A stretch of DNA of 64,000 nt from Selaginella moellendorffii. Taxonomy: Eukaryota; Plantae; Lycopodiophyta. The stretch is taken from positions 124,001 to 188,000 of the forward strand of contig NW_003314275.1 of NCBI RefSeq assembly GCF_000143415.4, in the 5' to 3' direction. Positions 37,881 through 49,759 of this stretch are shown here, piece after piece. Below the pieces are notes generated by a model that had not been told where the DNA came from, searched no databases, and saw only the letters and a list, made by a program, of their open reading frames with translations. The translations under genes and the position numbers were made by a program. The first letter of the stretch is position 1; each line of letters starts with the position of its first letter.

Positions 37881-40800
37881 ATGTATCTAAATAAATTAGC
37901 TTTTATGATACTTTGGATTTCCATAATAATAATAATAAGCAAAATTTCATTCTTTCTATAGAGCCACAACATTTATGTAATTTTTATTTAAAATATGTTT
38001 TTCATTTATTATTAAGTTTCTATACATATTTCTATATACATATTTATATAGAACTTTAACCCCATAATCTTTATAAGTATAAGCTCTATTATTTTATTAG
38101 CTTTCACATAATAATCTATTCATCCGACGGCTGTCGTTGGTTGAACGGTGACGATTGTTTCAAAAGACCTAATGTTAGGGTTTTTACGGCAGCGAGAGGT
38201 CTTTGTAGCTATGGACGCCTCTTCATCTAGAAAGCGTGGGCGAGAGCCGGGTGAAGAGGGAGAGCAGGAGGAGAAAAAGCGACTTAAAAGAGGTGAGCTT
38301 GCTCGTGTGAAACGTCGTCTGGGGGGAGCAGTTGCAGAAATTGCAGACCTTGAATACCAATTGTTTGAAGCCGGGGAGGATGCTGAACTAAACAAACTAA
38401 AGCAGCAGCTAGCCTCAGAGGAAGTGCGGTTGAGTCAACTCCGGGAGGATAAGTTGAAACTGGAACGCGAGCTCTCTGAAATCCTCCAGCCACCACCTGA
38501 ATCCTTGAAAAGAGTGGAGGGTATTGCCGAATCAGCATTTGCGCAGGAGTACCAAAGAGTTGGGGAATTAGACAACGTGGAGTCGTTGCGTGAGAAGCTG
38601 GAAGAAACAGGAGACATGTGGAAGACGGAGAAGAACATGATAGCACCTGTTGTCACGTTAGTTCAGTCGAGTGGCTGGGGAAAGTCGAGGATTACCTGCG
38701 AGCTTGCGAATTTAGGTGTGTTCGTCATCTACTGCTCATTCGCTTCATCTGACACCGCGTACCCTCCAAGGTCTGCCTTTGCGGACTTCTTCTACACAAA
38801 CGCCGTCAAATTGCTCAGCTCTGGTCCTACGCTTTTGTCGCAGAGCAGGTTCATGCTCTTCTGCATTGACTACTTTGTGTCATGCATCGAGGCTCTTCTG
38901 CAGCTGACTTCCGGGGAGGACCCCATGGATGCCAAGAGGTTCTTGAACGATCTCATGGTTGGGGAGAACTTTTGGGGACTGGTACAGGCGAAGATGGAGA
39001 TAGGAAGCGAAGCCCGGGAGGAGTTTGCGAAGCGCCTTGACGTCGGCCTGAAACAGAAGCCTGGCGAGAACACCAATATCTGGGGCATCTGGGAAAGTAA
39101 GGTGTTTAAGAAGTACAACACGCTTGAAGGTCTACTGTCGAATGTTCCAGCTCCTGCCAAAGGAAAACTGAAGGTCCTGTTTGTCATGGACGAAGCCCGA
39201 TGGTTTGCTTGGCATGCTGATCCGACAACTGTTGCTGCATTTGTTCCTGCAAGGAGAGCTTCCAGGGTGTTGCCTGAAAATGGGAGTGTGTCGGTGATGT
39301 TCACCGACACAAACGGGAGGCTAAACAATTTTGTGCCGGCCAATAAGGCAGATAGTAGCGATCGAGTGGCTGCGGCGGGAAAGCTAGTTGCACATCCAGC
39401 GTACTGCTTTTTCTTCGCACACTTGCCATCGGACGAACAAACAGGTGGCCTTCGGCTTGCTGAAGTTGAAGATCTGGGTCGTCTTTGCGGCTATGGTCGG
39501 CCACTGTGGCAAGCATTGGTGAAGGCTTCCGGAAGTGCAGGTGACGTGCTGCTTTTGGCTGTAGATAAGCTCCTGGGTGGCACTGGTTCGTTCAACAAGT
39601 TTTTGTTTGAAAGAGGTCTATCAGCTGAGGCTTGTCTGGCTACACTGGGCTGCAGAGTATGCATCGACATCAATCCGCATGCCACAATTATCACTGATAT
39701 GGTTGCAAGTCACCTACTTAGCGTGATGTCCATTTCTGATGACCAGACTCTTGTTTGGACGCATTGGGCTACGGAGCCACTGGTTGCAGCGGCTGCAGCA
39801 CAGGTTTTGCGTGCACAAGGGAAGATTGGGAGGACAGGGTGGGAGGAGTGCTTGGAGGCACTTGTAACTGGGATGAAGCGTGGATGGGTTGATCGAGGTT
39901 ATAGGGGCGAGTTGGTTGCACGGGTGCTGCTACTACTTGCAGTGGATAGTCCAGGCAGAAGTTCATGGAAGTGCTTTACTTTTGACGAGCTTTGCCATGG
40001 CTTAAGTGGGAAGTCGCTGTCCGATCTTATTGGAGAAGATGAGCAGAATTCAGCATCTCCGGCCCCCAAGGCTCCAGGTGGTGGAGAAGAAGCGCAGGTG
40101 GAAGTAAACATGCCGCCACCTCCGGCCTCGGCTTTGAAAGTAAACAAAAAATTTCCGGCGTCCCTGTCCAAAGCTCCAGGAGAAAAAGCGCAGGTCAAAG
40201 TAAACACGCCGCCACCTGAGGTGAAGTCGCCATCTCCAACGCTGACGGCCTCGAAAGCTCCAGGTGGAAGTACGCACAATGCTGAAGGGGAAGGGGAAAC
40301 AAAACAAGCAGGTGGCTCTATAGATGGAAGTGGTAAAGAAGAAATCCACAGAAACATGGGTGAAGCCAAGTTTTTTTGCCTGCTATTCAGGAAAACCGAC
40401 TTCCGACTGCAGGACCTCACCGCAAAAGATTTGCTTGAATTTGGAAAGGCTGGCGTGGGAATCATTTGCCGTGAAAATGAATGGGGCATAGACATCGTCA
40501 TCGTTGGGTTCTTTGGTGACACGTTTAGCCTGGAGACGATGACACTCATTTTGGTGCAGGTGAAACACACAGAGAAGCTTGATGTTGATTTAGCATGTGC
40601 TAAATGCTCTCCGGAGTTTTCTCAGATGTTGAGTAGCAGTGCAGGGCCTCAAGGTTGGACTGGGTTGAAGGTGCCATACGCCAGTCTGGTTTTGAATGTG
40701 GCCCATGTGCCTTCCAGCAGTGTTCGTTACAGAACTAGGAAACTTGTCACAGAAGCATTGCTGAAGAAGACACCTGCAAATCAGTCCATGGCAATGGCTC

Positions 40801-42222
40801 TCCATGACGCTCATCCAGAATGCAAAGGCCTTCAGGAATGGACAAAAGGCTATGATGGGGATAGATCACAGCCGGTATTCAAGTCATGGGAACAGTATTT
40901 TGCTTCAGATGATCGTCTCCAACACATTGTGGTCATTCAAGGTACGTTTGTGCTGTTTCCTTTTCAATCACTTGATGTTCTCTTTTGCACTCCAGGTTTG
41001 GATGCATTCTCATCCAAGGACAAAGTGAAAGACCTGGTCGACATCTCTCTGGATTCTACTGCAGACATGAGGAAACTAGAACGAGTTCAGACGAAGTATG
41101 CACATAGAATGTTCGGATGGGTTAAGAACACGGAAATGCGCAAGTGTTTGGCGCCAAAGCTCAGTGTGAAAAAGAGTAAGTAAAACTGAGAATTTTTTTG
41201 AGAAATAATCTGAAATTCCTTCTCCATTGCAGAGGTGCAGATGGAATTATCTTAGGTGGTGAGATTTAAGGACTAGAATCAAGAGCAAGTGCCAATATTT
41301 TAATTATTAAAACTGAATGATTCCTTTTCTATTTTTTTTGCATGTGGTAATGTTGTATTATTCAGGTTTCTGATGGTTTATGTTATAATAGTTAAACAAA
41401 TAATGATAATTGATTAAAAAATTTACAAATTTAATTATAAAATGTTAATTATATTTTAAAATGTGCATCAAAAGTTTTAGGCAAAGCTTTGGTTGAAAGT
41501 ATAGAATATCATTCCAACACTTAGATGTGAAATAGCAAAGGTAACAAACTCACATTCTTAAAGAAAATTGGGTTTAAGAGTTAACTTTTGACATTGCTAG
41601 TAATAAAAGCTATAAGGATATTGAAGTTAATACAAATACAAATAAATGTTATATAGAATGAGCTATATGCTATGATGTGGTTGCCACTAAAGTATCATCA
41701 AGTTTATCATTTTGTCCAATTAGAGTTGCTATTAGTAATATATTATGGATTTAGTTTATGTATTATTGTATTTTAACTGTAACACTACCGAAATATAATT
41801 ATTAAACAATAAGAAAAACTTTGGTGACTATTATAAATTATAACTACAAAAGAAATTTTGAAAAAACTTCAGGATAAGCCATATTCTCTGCTGCTGCTCA
41901 CAAATTTCTCCTCTCTACACTTCATGTTAATTTTTGTTTTTGTCAGGTGTACAAAAAAACCCATTTTCGTTAAAGTGAGACCATTTTGAGTCTCACTTAG
42001 TATATTAATCATTTTCTTAATTTTTATTAATTATATTATCTAAAAACACATATACTTAGATAATTAATTAGGCTTAATTAAAGGAATATTCCAGTTTGAT
42101 TCAAATTATACAGCAAATAATTATTATAAAATAAGAGTTTTTTACAAACAAAACCCACTCATGTGCAAAAAAGTAAATATACCAAAGATATATTTATTAA
42201 AAATGTGAGTATATTACTATAT
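37881..42222 (+). repeat. Segmental duplication unit 1 (upstream spacer + NTPase-nuclease gene + AT-rich 3' flank); partner at 44886-49738
   Basis: Colinear similarity from ATGTAT.TAAATAAATTAGC to ACCAAAGATAT.TTTATTAAAA. Confidence 0.9.
38211..41255 (+). CDS. Crinkler-like NTPase + PD-(D/E)xK nuclease protein (CR-NTPase/CR-REase architecture) with N-terminal NLS and coiled coil, copy 1; predicted introns 40942-40995 and 41176-41232
   Basis: ~3 kb open frame; RKR..KKRLKR; Walker A QSSGWGKS; Walker B VLFVMDE; GRPLW; RGELVARVLLLLA; nuclease-like GIDIVIV...LILVQVK; GT-AG mini-introns conserved between copies. Confidence 0.8.
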
Positions 42223-42348
42223 TGGAATTTTGGTAGTTGTCAGATTGGTTTCAATCCGGACCACTCACTCTTATATACAAACTAGGGTTTTTGGGTTAAT
42301 TAATATGCACATTTTCTGTATTCCCTTTCTATATTATAAGCACTCACA
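42223..42348 (+). mobile_element. Partial LTR of the same Gypsy family as 37706-37880
   Basis: TTTTGGTAG..GATTGGTTTCAATCCGGACCACTCACTC...AAGCACTCACA is shared; the 5' part is missing. Confidence 0.8.
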
Positions 42349-42451
42349 GGAGGTTATATAATTTATAGTTTTGTTGATGGATATGAAACCTTTTTTTTTT
42401 AAATGAAGCTAATAATCAATAATATCTTCAAAAATTACTTAATACCTAATG

Positions 42452-42554
<103 letters not shown>

Positions 42555-42699
42555 AAAAAGATAAAAGCAATAAAAGATATATTAACTTAATAAAAAAATA
42601 AAACTCAGTTGTTTTTAGATATATTAATGTATCTAAATAAATTAGCTTCTATGATACTTTGGACTTCCACAATAATAATAATAATAATAATAATAAGGG

Positions 42700-43660
42700 G
42701 CCCTCCAAGGGAAGCTCGAAGGTAGCTTTGTTAACATCTTTATTGACATGGGTGCTTTGGATAATTTTGTGGCTGCAGACATAGTCTGGCAAATTGGAAT
42801 AATGATGCAGCAGATGGGTGAACCAAGGACTATAGAGTTTGTTCAAAGTAGCCAAAGCACCGATGAGGTACTTCGATAAGTAAGAGTCAAAGTAAGGACA
42901 TGGAAAGTAGACATGGATTTCACTATGTTGGACATGGCGGGATTTGACGTAATCTTTGGAATGGATTGGTTCAATCAATTTGTAATAGCCTTGTATGGAC
43001 AAAGTAGGAACCTTGTGGTATTGGTGAATGCCCGAGGAGAACGATCAATGTGGAGGCCCAGGATCTAAAGGTAGGGAAATATAAGGCTAAAGACTCTTAT
43101 TTAAACCTGGTGTTCACGAGAGGACAACTCACTAAAGGAACCAAGGCAACATTTTTGTGTTTACTTTCGGTGAGGAGTGACAAAAAGACAGGAAAAGAAG
43201 AAGTACCTTTAGTGATCTAGCGGGTGTTGGACCAATTCCAAGATACCATGCCGAAGGAGCTACCTGCAAGGTTACCCCCCGCACAACCAATAGAACATAA
43301 GATTGAGCTAGTCGAGGGTGCTAAGGCGGTGGTTCATCCCTCTTATTGTTTAAATGAAAAGGAACTCGAGGAACTCAAGCACCAACTAAAAGAGTTGGTG
43401 GACAAAGGGTATGTTAGGTTAAGCAAGTCACCGTATAGGGCACCAGTGTTATTTGTGAAAAAGAAAGGTGGATCTACGCGTATATGCATAGACTACCGGT
43501 TGCTTAACAAATATACAAAGAAGAATAAGTACCCTTTGCCAAGGATTGAAAACCTATTTGATAGGTCAAGAAAGGCAAAATACTTCTCGAGGATTGACTT
43601 AAGGTTAGGATATTACCAGATTAGGGTAGCAAAGGAAGATGTCGAGAAAACAACTTATAC
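42700..43660 (+). pseudogene. Ty3/Gypsy protease-RT fragment (second family)
   Basis: FIDMGALDNFV protease; GFDVIFGMDWF; [46 protein letters not shown]. Confidence 0.88.
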
Positions 43661-43663
43661 CTT

Positions 43664-44530
43664 GTACCTTGTGGCTGATAATTTTTCCATGCCTACCATA
43701 ATTCTCCTGTTCTAGGCGGGCATATGGGACATCATCGTGTGACCGAGAAGCTACACAGGTCTTTCTATTGGCTGGAGATGCGACATGATGTCATTCGATG
43801 AAGGACGGTTGGAGTCAATTGCAGTTTTTTGTCCGTTTGAGTTGGTAGCATTTGATCTTATGGGACTTTTTTCATGATTGATTGTTGGCAATGAATATGT
43901 TATTATTGCTTCTGACTATTTGACTCGTTGGGTGGATGTTGGTGCTCTTGCTAGTGCCTCTGCAACTACTATTAGATACTTCCTCCTCAATCGAGTGATG
44001 TTTCAGCATTTTTGTCCGGAGCGAATTCTTTCGGATAATGGTCCCATATTTATAACTAAGGCATTTCATGTTTTGACGTCTCAGTTGGGGATATGCCACA
44101 CTTTCACAATCAAACGGTTTGGTGGAATGGTTTGTTCAGACATTCAAAGGAATGATCGCAAAGTACGTGAACTTTTAGCATTTGGATTGGGATGGTTATT
44201 TGCCATCTCTTTGGTATGCATATGTCACAGGGGTGTAGAGTTTTGTTGGTGCTTCACCATATAAACTTTTATATGGTCATGATCCAATATTACCAATGGA
44301 GTTGGGTTTACCTTCACAATTGCCATGAGCTGCCAATGCTAGGTCGTGGGATTAATATTTGATGAGCATTCTTCCATTTGTCTGAGTAGAGTCTACTGAA
44401 CATTTAGGTTGTGTACAAGTGGGATAACTATGCTACAACTCCCATTATCGTCCACATGCAAAGTACAAAGTGTAGTTTGTTTTCCCCATCTTACAATACG
44501 TGGTTTATCTAAGGGAATCCTTGCTTAGTG
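43664..44530 (+). pseudogene. Gypsy integrase fragment, paralogous to 36500-37460
   Basis: NEYVIIASDYLTRWV, PERILSDNGP; colinear with the upstream integrase, with deletions. Confidence 0.85.
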
Positions 44531-44537
44531 GAAATAA

Positions 44538-44634
<97 letters not shown>

Positions 44635-44812
44635 GTATGTATGTATGTATATATATATATGTATGTATGTATATATATATATGTATATATGTATATATAT
44701 ATATGTATATATGTATATCTATATATGTATATATGTATATGTATATATGTATATATATATATATATGTATATATGTATATATATATATATGTATATATGT
44801 GTGTGTATGTGT
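44538..44812. repeat. Imperfect (TA)n/(TATG)n microsatellite
   Basis: Directly visible; followed by the same flank as the 42454 microsatellite. Confidence 0.98.
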
Positions 44813-45202
44813 TAAAAAAAGATAAATGCAATAGAAGATATATTAAGTTAATAAAAAAATAAAACTCAGTTTTTTAGATATATTAATGTATATAAATAAA
44901 TTAGCTTCTATGATAGTTTGGACTTCCACAATAATAATAATAAGCAAAATTTCATTCTATCTATATAGTCACAACATTTATGTAATTTTTATTTAAATAT
45001 TTTTTTCATTCATTATTAAGTTTCTATACATATTTTTATATACATATTTATATAGAACTTTAACTCCATAATCTTTATAAGTATTAGCTTTCACCTAATA
45101 ATCTATTGATCCGACGGCTGTCGTTGGTTGAACGGTGACGATTGTTTCAAAAGACCTCATGTTAGGGTTTTTGAGAGGTCTTTGTAGGGTTAAGTTCAAG
45201 CT

Positions 45203-48200
45203 ATGGACGCCTCTTCATCTACAAAGCGTGGGCGAGAGCCGGGTGAAGAGGGAGAGCAGGAGGAGAAAAAGCGACTTAAAAGAGGTGAGATTGCTCTTAT
45301 GAACTGGCGTCTGCAGGGGGCACTTGCGGGAATTGCAGACCTTGAATGCAAATTGTGGGAAGCCGGGGAGGATGCCGAACTAAACGAACTAAAGGAGCAG
45401 ATAGCCTCAGAGAAAGTGCGGGCGAGGGGACTCGAGGTGGATAAGTTGAAACTGGAACGCGAGCTCTCTGAAATCCTCAAGCCGCCACGTCAATCCTTGA
45501 AAAGAGTGGAGGGTATTGCCGAATCAGCATTTGCGCAGGAGTACCAAAGAGTTGGGGGATTAGACAACGTGGAGTCATTGCGTGAGAAGCTGGAAGAAAC
45601 AGGAGACATGTGGAAGACGGAGAAGAACATGATAGCACCTGTTGTCACGTTAGTTCAGTCGAGTGGCTGGGGAAAGTCGAGGATTACCTGCGAGCTTGCG
45701 AATTTAGGTGTGTTCGTCATCTACTGCTCATTCGCTTCATCTGGCACCGCGTACCCTCCAAGGTCTGCCTTTGCGGACTTCTTCTACACAAACGCCGTCA
45801 AATTGCTCAGCTCGGGTCCTACGCTTTTGTCGCAGAGCAGGTTCATGCTCTTCTGCATTGACTACTTTGTGTCATGCATCGAGGCTCTTCTGCAGCTGAC
45901 TTCCGGGGAGGACCCCATGGATGCCAAGAGGTTCTTGAACGATCTCATGGTTGGGGAGAACTTTTGGGGACTGGTACAGGCGAAGATGGAGATAGGAAGC
46001 GAAGCCCGGGAGGAGTTTGCGAAGCGCCTTGACGTCGGCCTGAAACAGAAGCCTGGCGAGAACACCAATATCTGGGGCATCTGGGAAAGTAAGGTGTTTA
46101 AGAAGTACAACACGCTTGAAGGTCTACTGTCGAATGTTCCAGCTCCTGCCAAAGGAAAACTGAAGGTCCTGTTTGTCATGGACGAAGCCCGATGGTTTGC
46201 TTGGCATGATGATCCGACAACTGTTGCTGCATTTGTTCCTGCAAGGAGAGCTTCCAGGGTGTTGCCTGAAAATGGGAGTGTGTCGGAGATGTTCACCGAC
46301 ACAAACGGGAGGCTAAACAATTTTGTGCCGGCCAATAAGGCAGATAGTAGCGATCGAGTGGCTGCGGCGGGAAAGCTAGTTGCACATCCAGCGTACTGCT
46401 TTTTCTTCGCACACTTGCCATCGGACGAACAAACAGGTGGCCTTCGGCTTGCTCAAGTTCAAGATCTGGGTCGTCTTTGCGGCTATGGTCGGCCACTGTG
46501 GCAAGCATTGGTGAAGGCTTCCAGAAGTGCAGGTGACGTGCTGCTTTTGGCTGTAGATAAGCTCCTGGGTGGCACTGGTTCGTTCAACGAGTTTTTGTTT
46601 GAAAGAGGACGTCTATCAGATGAGGCTTGTCTGGCTACACTGGGCTGCAGAGTATGCATCGACATCAATCCGCATGCCACAATTATCACTGATATGGTTG
46701 CAAGTCACCTACTTAGCGTGATGTCCATTTCTGATGACCAGACTCTTGTTTGGACGCATTGGGCTACGGAGCCACTGGTTGCAGCGGCTGCAGCACAGGT
46801 CTTGCGTGCACAAGGGAAGATGGGGAGGACAGGGTGGGAGGAGTGCTTGGAGGCACTTGTAACTGGGATGAAGCGTGGATGGGTTGATCGAGGTTACAGG
46901 GGCGAGTTGGTTGCACGGGTGCTGCTACTACTTGCAGTGGATAATCCAGGCAGAAGTTCATGGAAGTGCTTTACTTTTGACGAGCTTTGCCATGGCTTAA
47001 GTGGGAAGTCGCTGTCCGATCTTATTGGAGAAGATGAGCAGAATTCAGCATCTCCGGCCCCCAAGGCTCCAGGTGGTGGAGAAGAAGCGCAGGTGGAAGT
47101 AAACATGCCGCCACCTCCGGCCTCAGCTTTGAAAGTAAACAAAAAATTTTCGGCGTCCCTGTCCAAAGCTCCAGGAGAAAAAGCGCAGGTCAAAGTAAAC
47201 ACGCCGCCACCTGAGGTGAAGTCGCCATCTCCAACGCTGACAGCCTCGAAAGCTCCAGGTGGAAGTACGCACAATGCTGAAGGGGAAGGGGAAACAAAAC
47301 AAGCAGGTGGCTCTATAGATGGAAGTGGTAAAGAAGAAATCCACAGAAACATGGGTGAAGCCAAGTTTTTTTGCTTGCTATTCAGGAAAACCGACTTCCG
47401 ACTGCAGGACCTCACCGCAAAAGATTTGCTTGAATTTGGAAAGGCTGGCGTGGGAATCATTTGCCGTGAAAATGAATGGGGCATAGACATCGTCATCGTT
47501 GGGTTCTTTGGTGACACGTTTAGCCTGGAGACGATGACACTCATTTTGGTGCAGGTGAAACACACAGAGAAACTTGATGTTGATTTAGCATGTGCTAAAT
47601 GCTCTCTGGAGTTTTCTCAAATGTTGAGTAGCAGTGCAGGGCCTCAAGGTTGGACTGGGTTGAAGGTGCCATACGCCAGTCTGGTTTTGAATGTGGCCCA
47701 TGTGCCTTCCAGCAGTGTTCGTTACAGAACTAGGAAACTTGTCACAGAAGCATTGCTGAAGAAGACACCTGCAAATCAGTCCATGACAATGGCTCTCCAT
47801 GACGCTCATCCGGAATGCAAAGGCCTTCAGGGATGGACAGAAGGCTATGATGGGGATAGATCACACCCGGTCTTCAAGTCATGGGAACGGTATTTTGCTT
47901 CAGATGATCGTCTCCAACACATTGTGGTCATTCAAGGTAATTTCATTTTCAATCAGTTGATGTTCTCTTTTGCTCTCCAGGTTTGGATGCATTCTCATCC
48001 AAGGACGAAGTGAAAGACCTGGTCGACATCTCTCTGGATTCTACTGCAGACATGAGGAAACTAGAACAAGTTCAGAAGACGCATGCACATAGAATGTTCG
48101 GATGGGTTAAGAACACGGGAATGCGCAAGTGTTTGGAGCCAAAGCTCAGCGTGAAAAAGAGTAAGTAAAGCTGAGAATTTTTTGAGAAATAATCTGAAAT

Positions 48201-48239
48201 TCTTTCTCCATTGCAGAGGTGCAGATGGAATTATCTTAG
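45203..48239 (+). CDS. Crinkler-like NTPase + PD-(D/E)xK nuclease protein, copy 2; predicted introns 47937-47980 and 48161-48216
   Basis: Near-identical to copy 1 outside the N-terminus; the apparent frameshift at ~47940 is removed by splicing CAAG|GTAA..CCAG|GTTTGG; ends ..VKKKVQMELS*. Confidence 0.75.
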
Positions 48240-48480
48240 GTGGTGAGATTTAAGGACTTTGTAGATTCTAGAATCAAGAGCAAGTGCCAATATTTTAATT
48301 AATTTTTTTGCATGTGGTATGGTGTATTATCCAGGTTTCTGACGGTTTATGTTATAATGGTAAAACAAATAATGATAATTGATTAAAACTTTTACAATTT
48401 TAATTATAAAATTTTAATTATATTTTGAAATGTGCATTAAAATTTTTAGGCAAAGCTTTGATTGAAAGTATAGAATATCA

Positions 48481-49091
<611 letters not shown>

Positions 49092-49759
49092 GATGTAAAA
49101 TAGTAAAGGTATTAGTAATATCCTTATAAGTTTCATTACTAGCAATGTCGAAAATTAACTCTTAACCTCAATTTTCTTTAAGAATGAGAGTATATAAAGG
49201 AGTGATAGTGTGGTGATGTGGTTGCCACTAAAGTATCATCAAGTTTATCATTGCACCAATTAGAGTTGTTATTAGTAATATATTATGGATTTAGTTTATG
49301 TAATATTGTATTTTAATTGTAACACTAATGAAATATAATTATTAAACAATAAAAAAAACTATAGTGACTATTATGAATTACAACTACAAAAGAAAATTTG
49401 AAAAAACTTTAGGATAAGCCATATTCTCAGCTACTGCTCACAAATTTCTCCTCAGTACACTTCATGTTAGTTTTTGTTTTTGTGAGCATACAAAAAAGTC
49501 CATTTCTGTTTTGGAGGTCTCACTTAGTATATTAATCATTTTCTTAATTATATTATCTAAAAAACATATACTTAGCTAATTAATTAGGATTAATTAAAGG
49601 AATATTCAAGCTTGATTCCCATTATACAGCAAATAATTAATATAAACTAAGAGTTTTTTACAAACAAAACCCACTCATGTGCAAAAAAGTAGATATACCA
49701 AAGATATGTTTATTAAAATGCAAGTACATTAGTATATTTTCACCTCTTATGTCAAAATT

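Noticed and set aside
38870-40570. Antisense ORFs within the NTPase-nuclease genes (and plus-strand ORFs across the LINE)
   Set aside because: Shadow ORFs of the coding strand, with no independent motifs
44500-44862. YI/IY-repeat ORFs
   Set aside because: Translation of the (TA)n microsatellite
45203-48168. Copy 2 as a frameshifted pseudogene
   Set aside because: The shift coincides with a GT-AG segment whose removal restores the copy-1 frame
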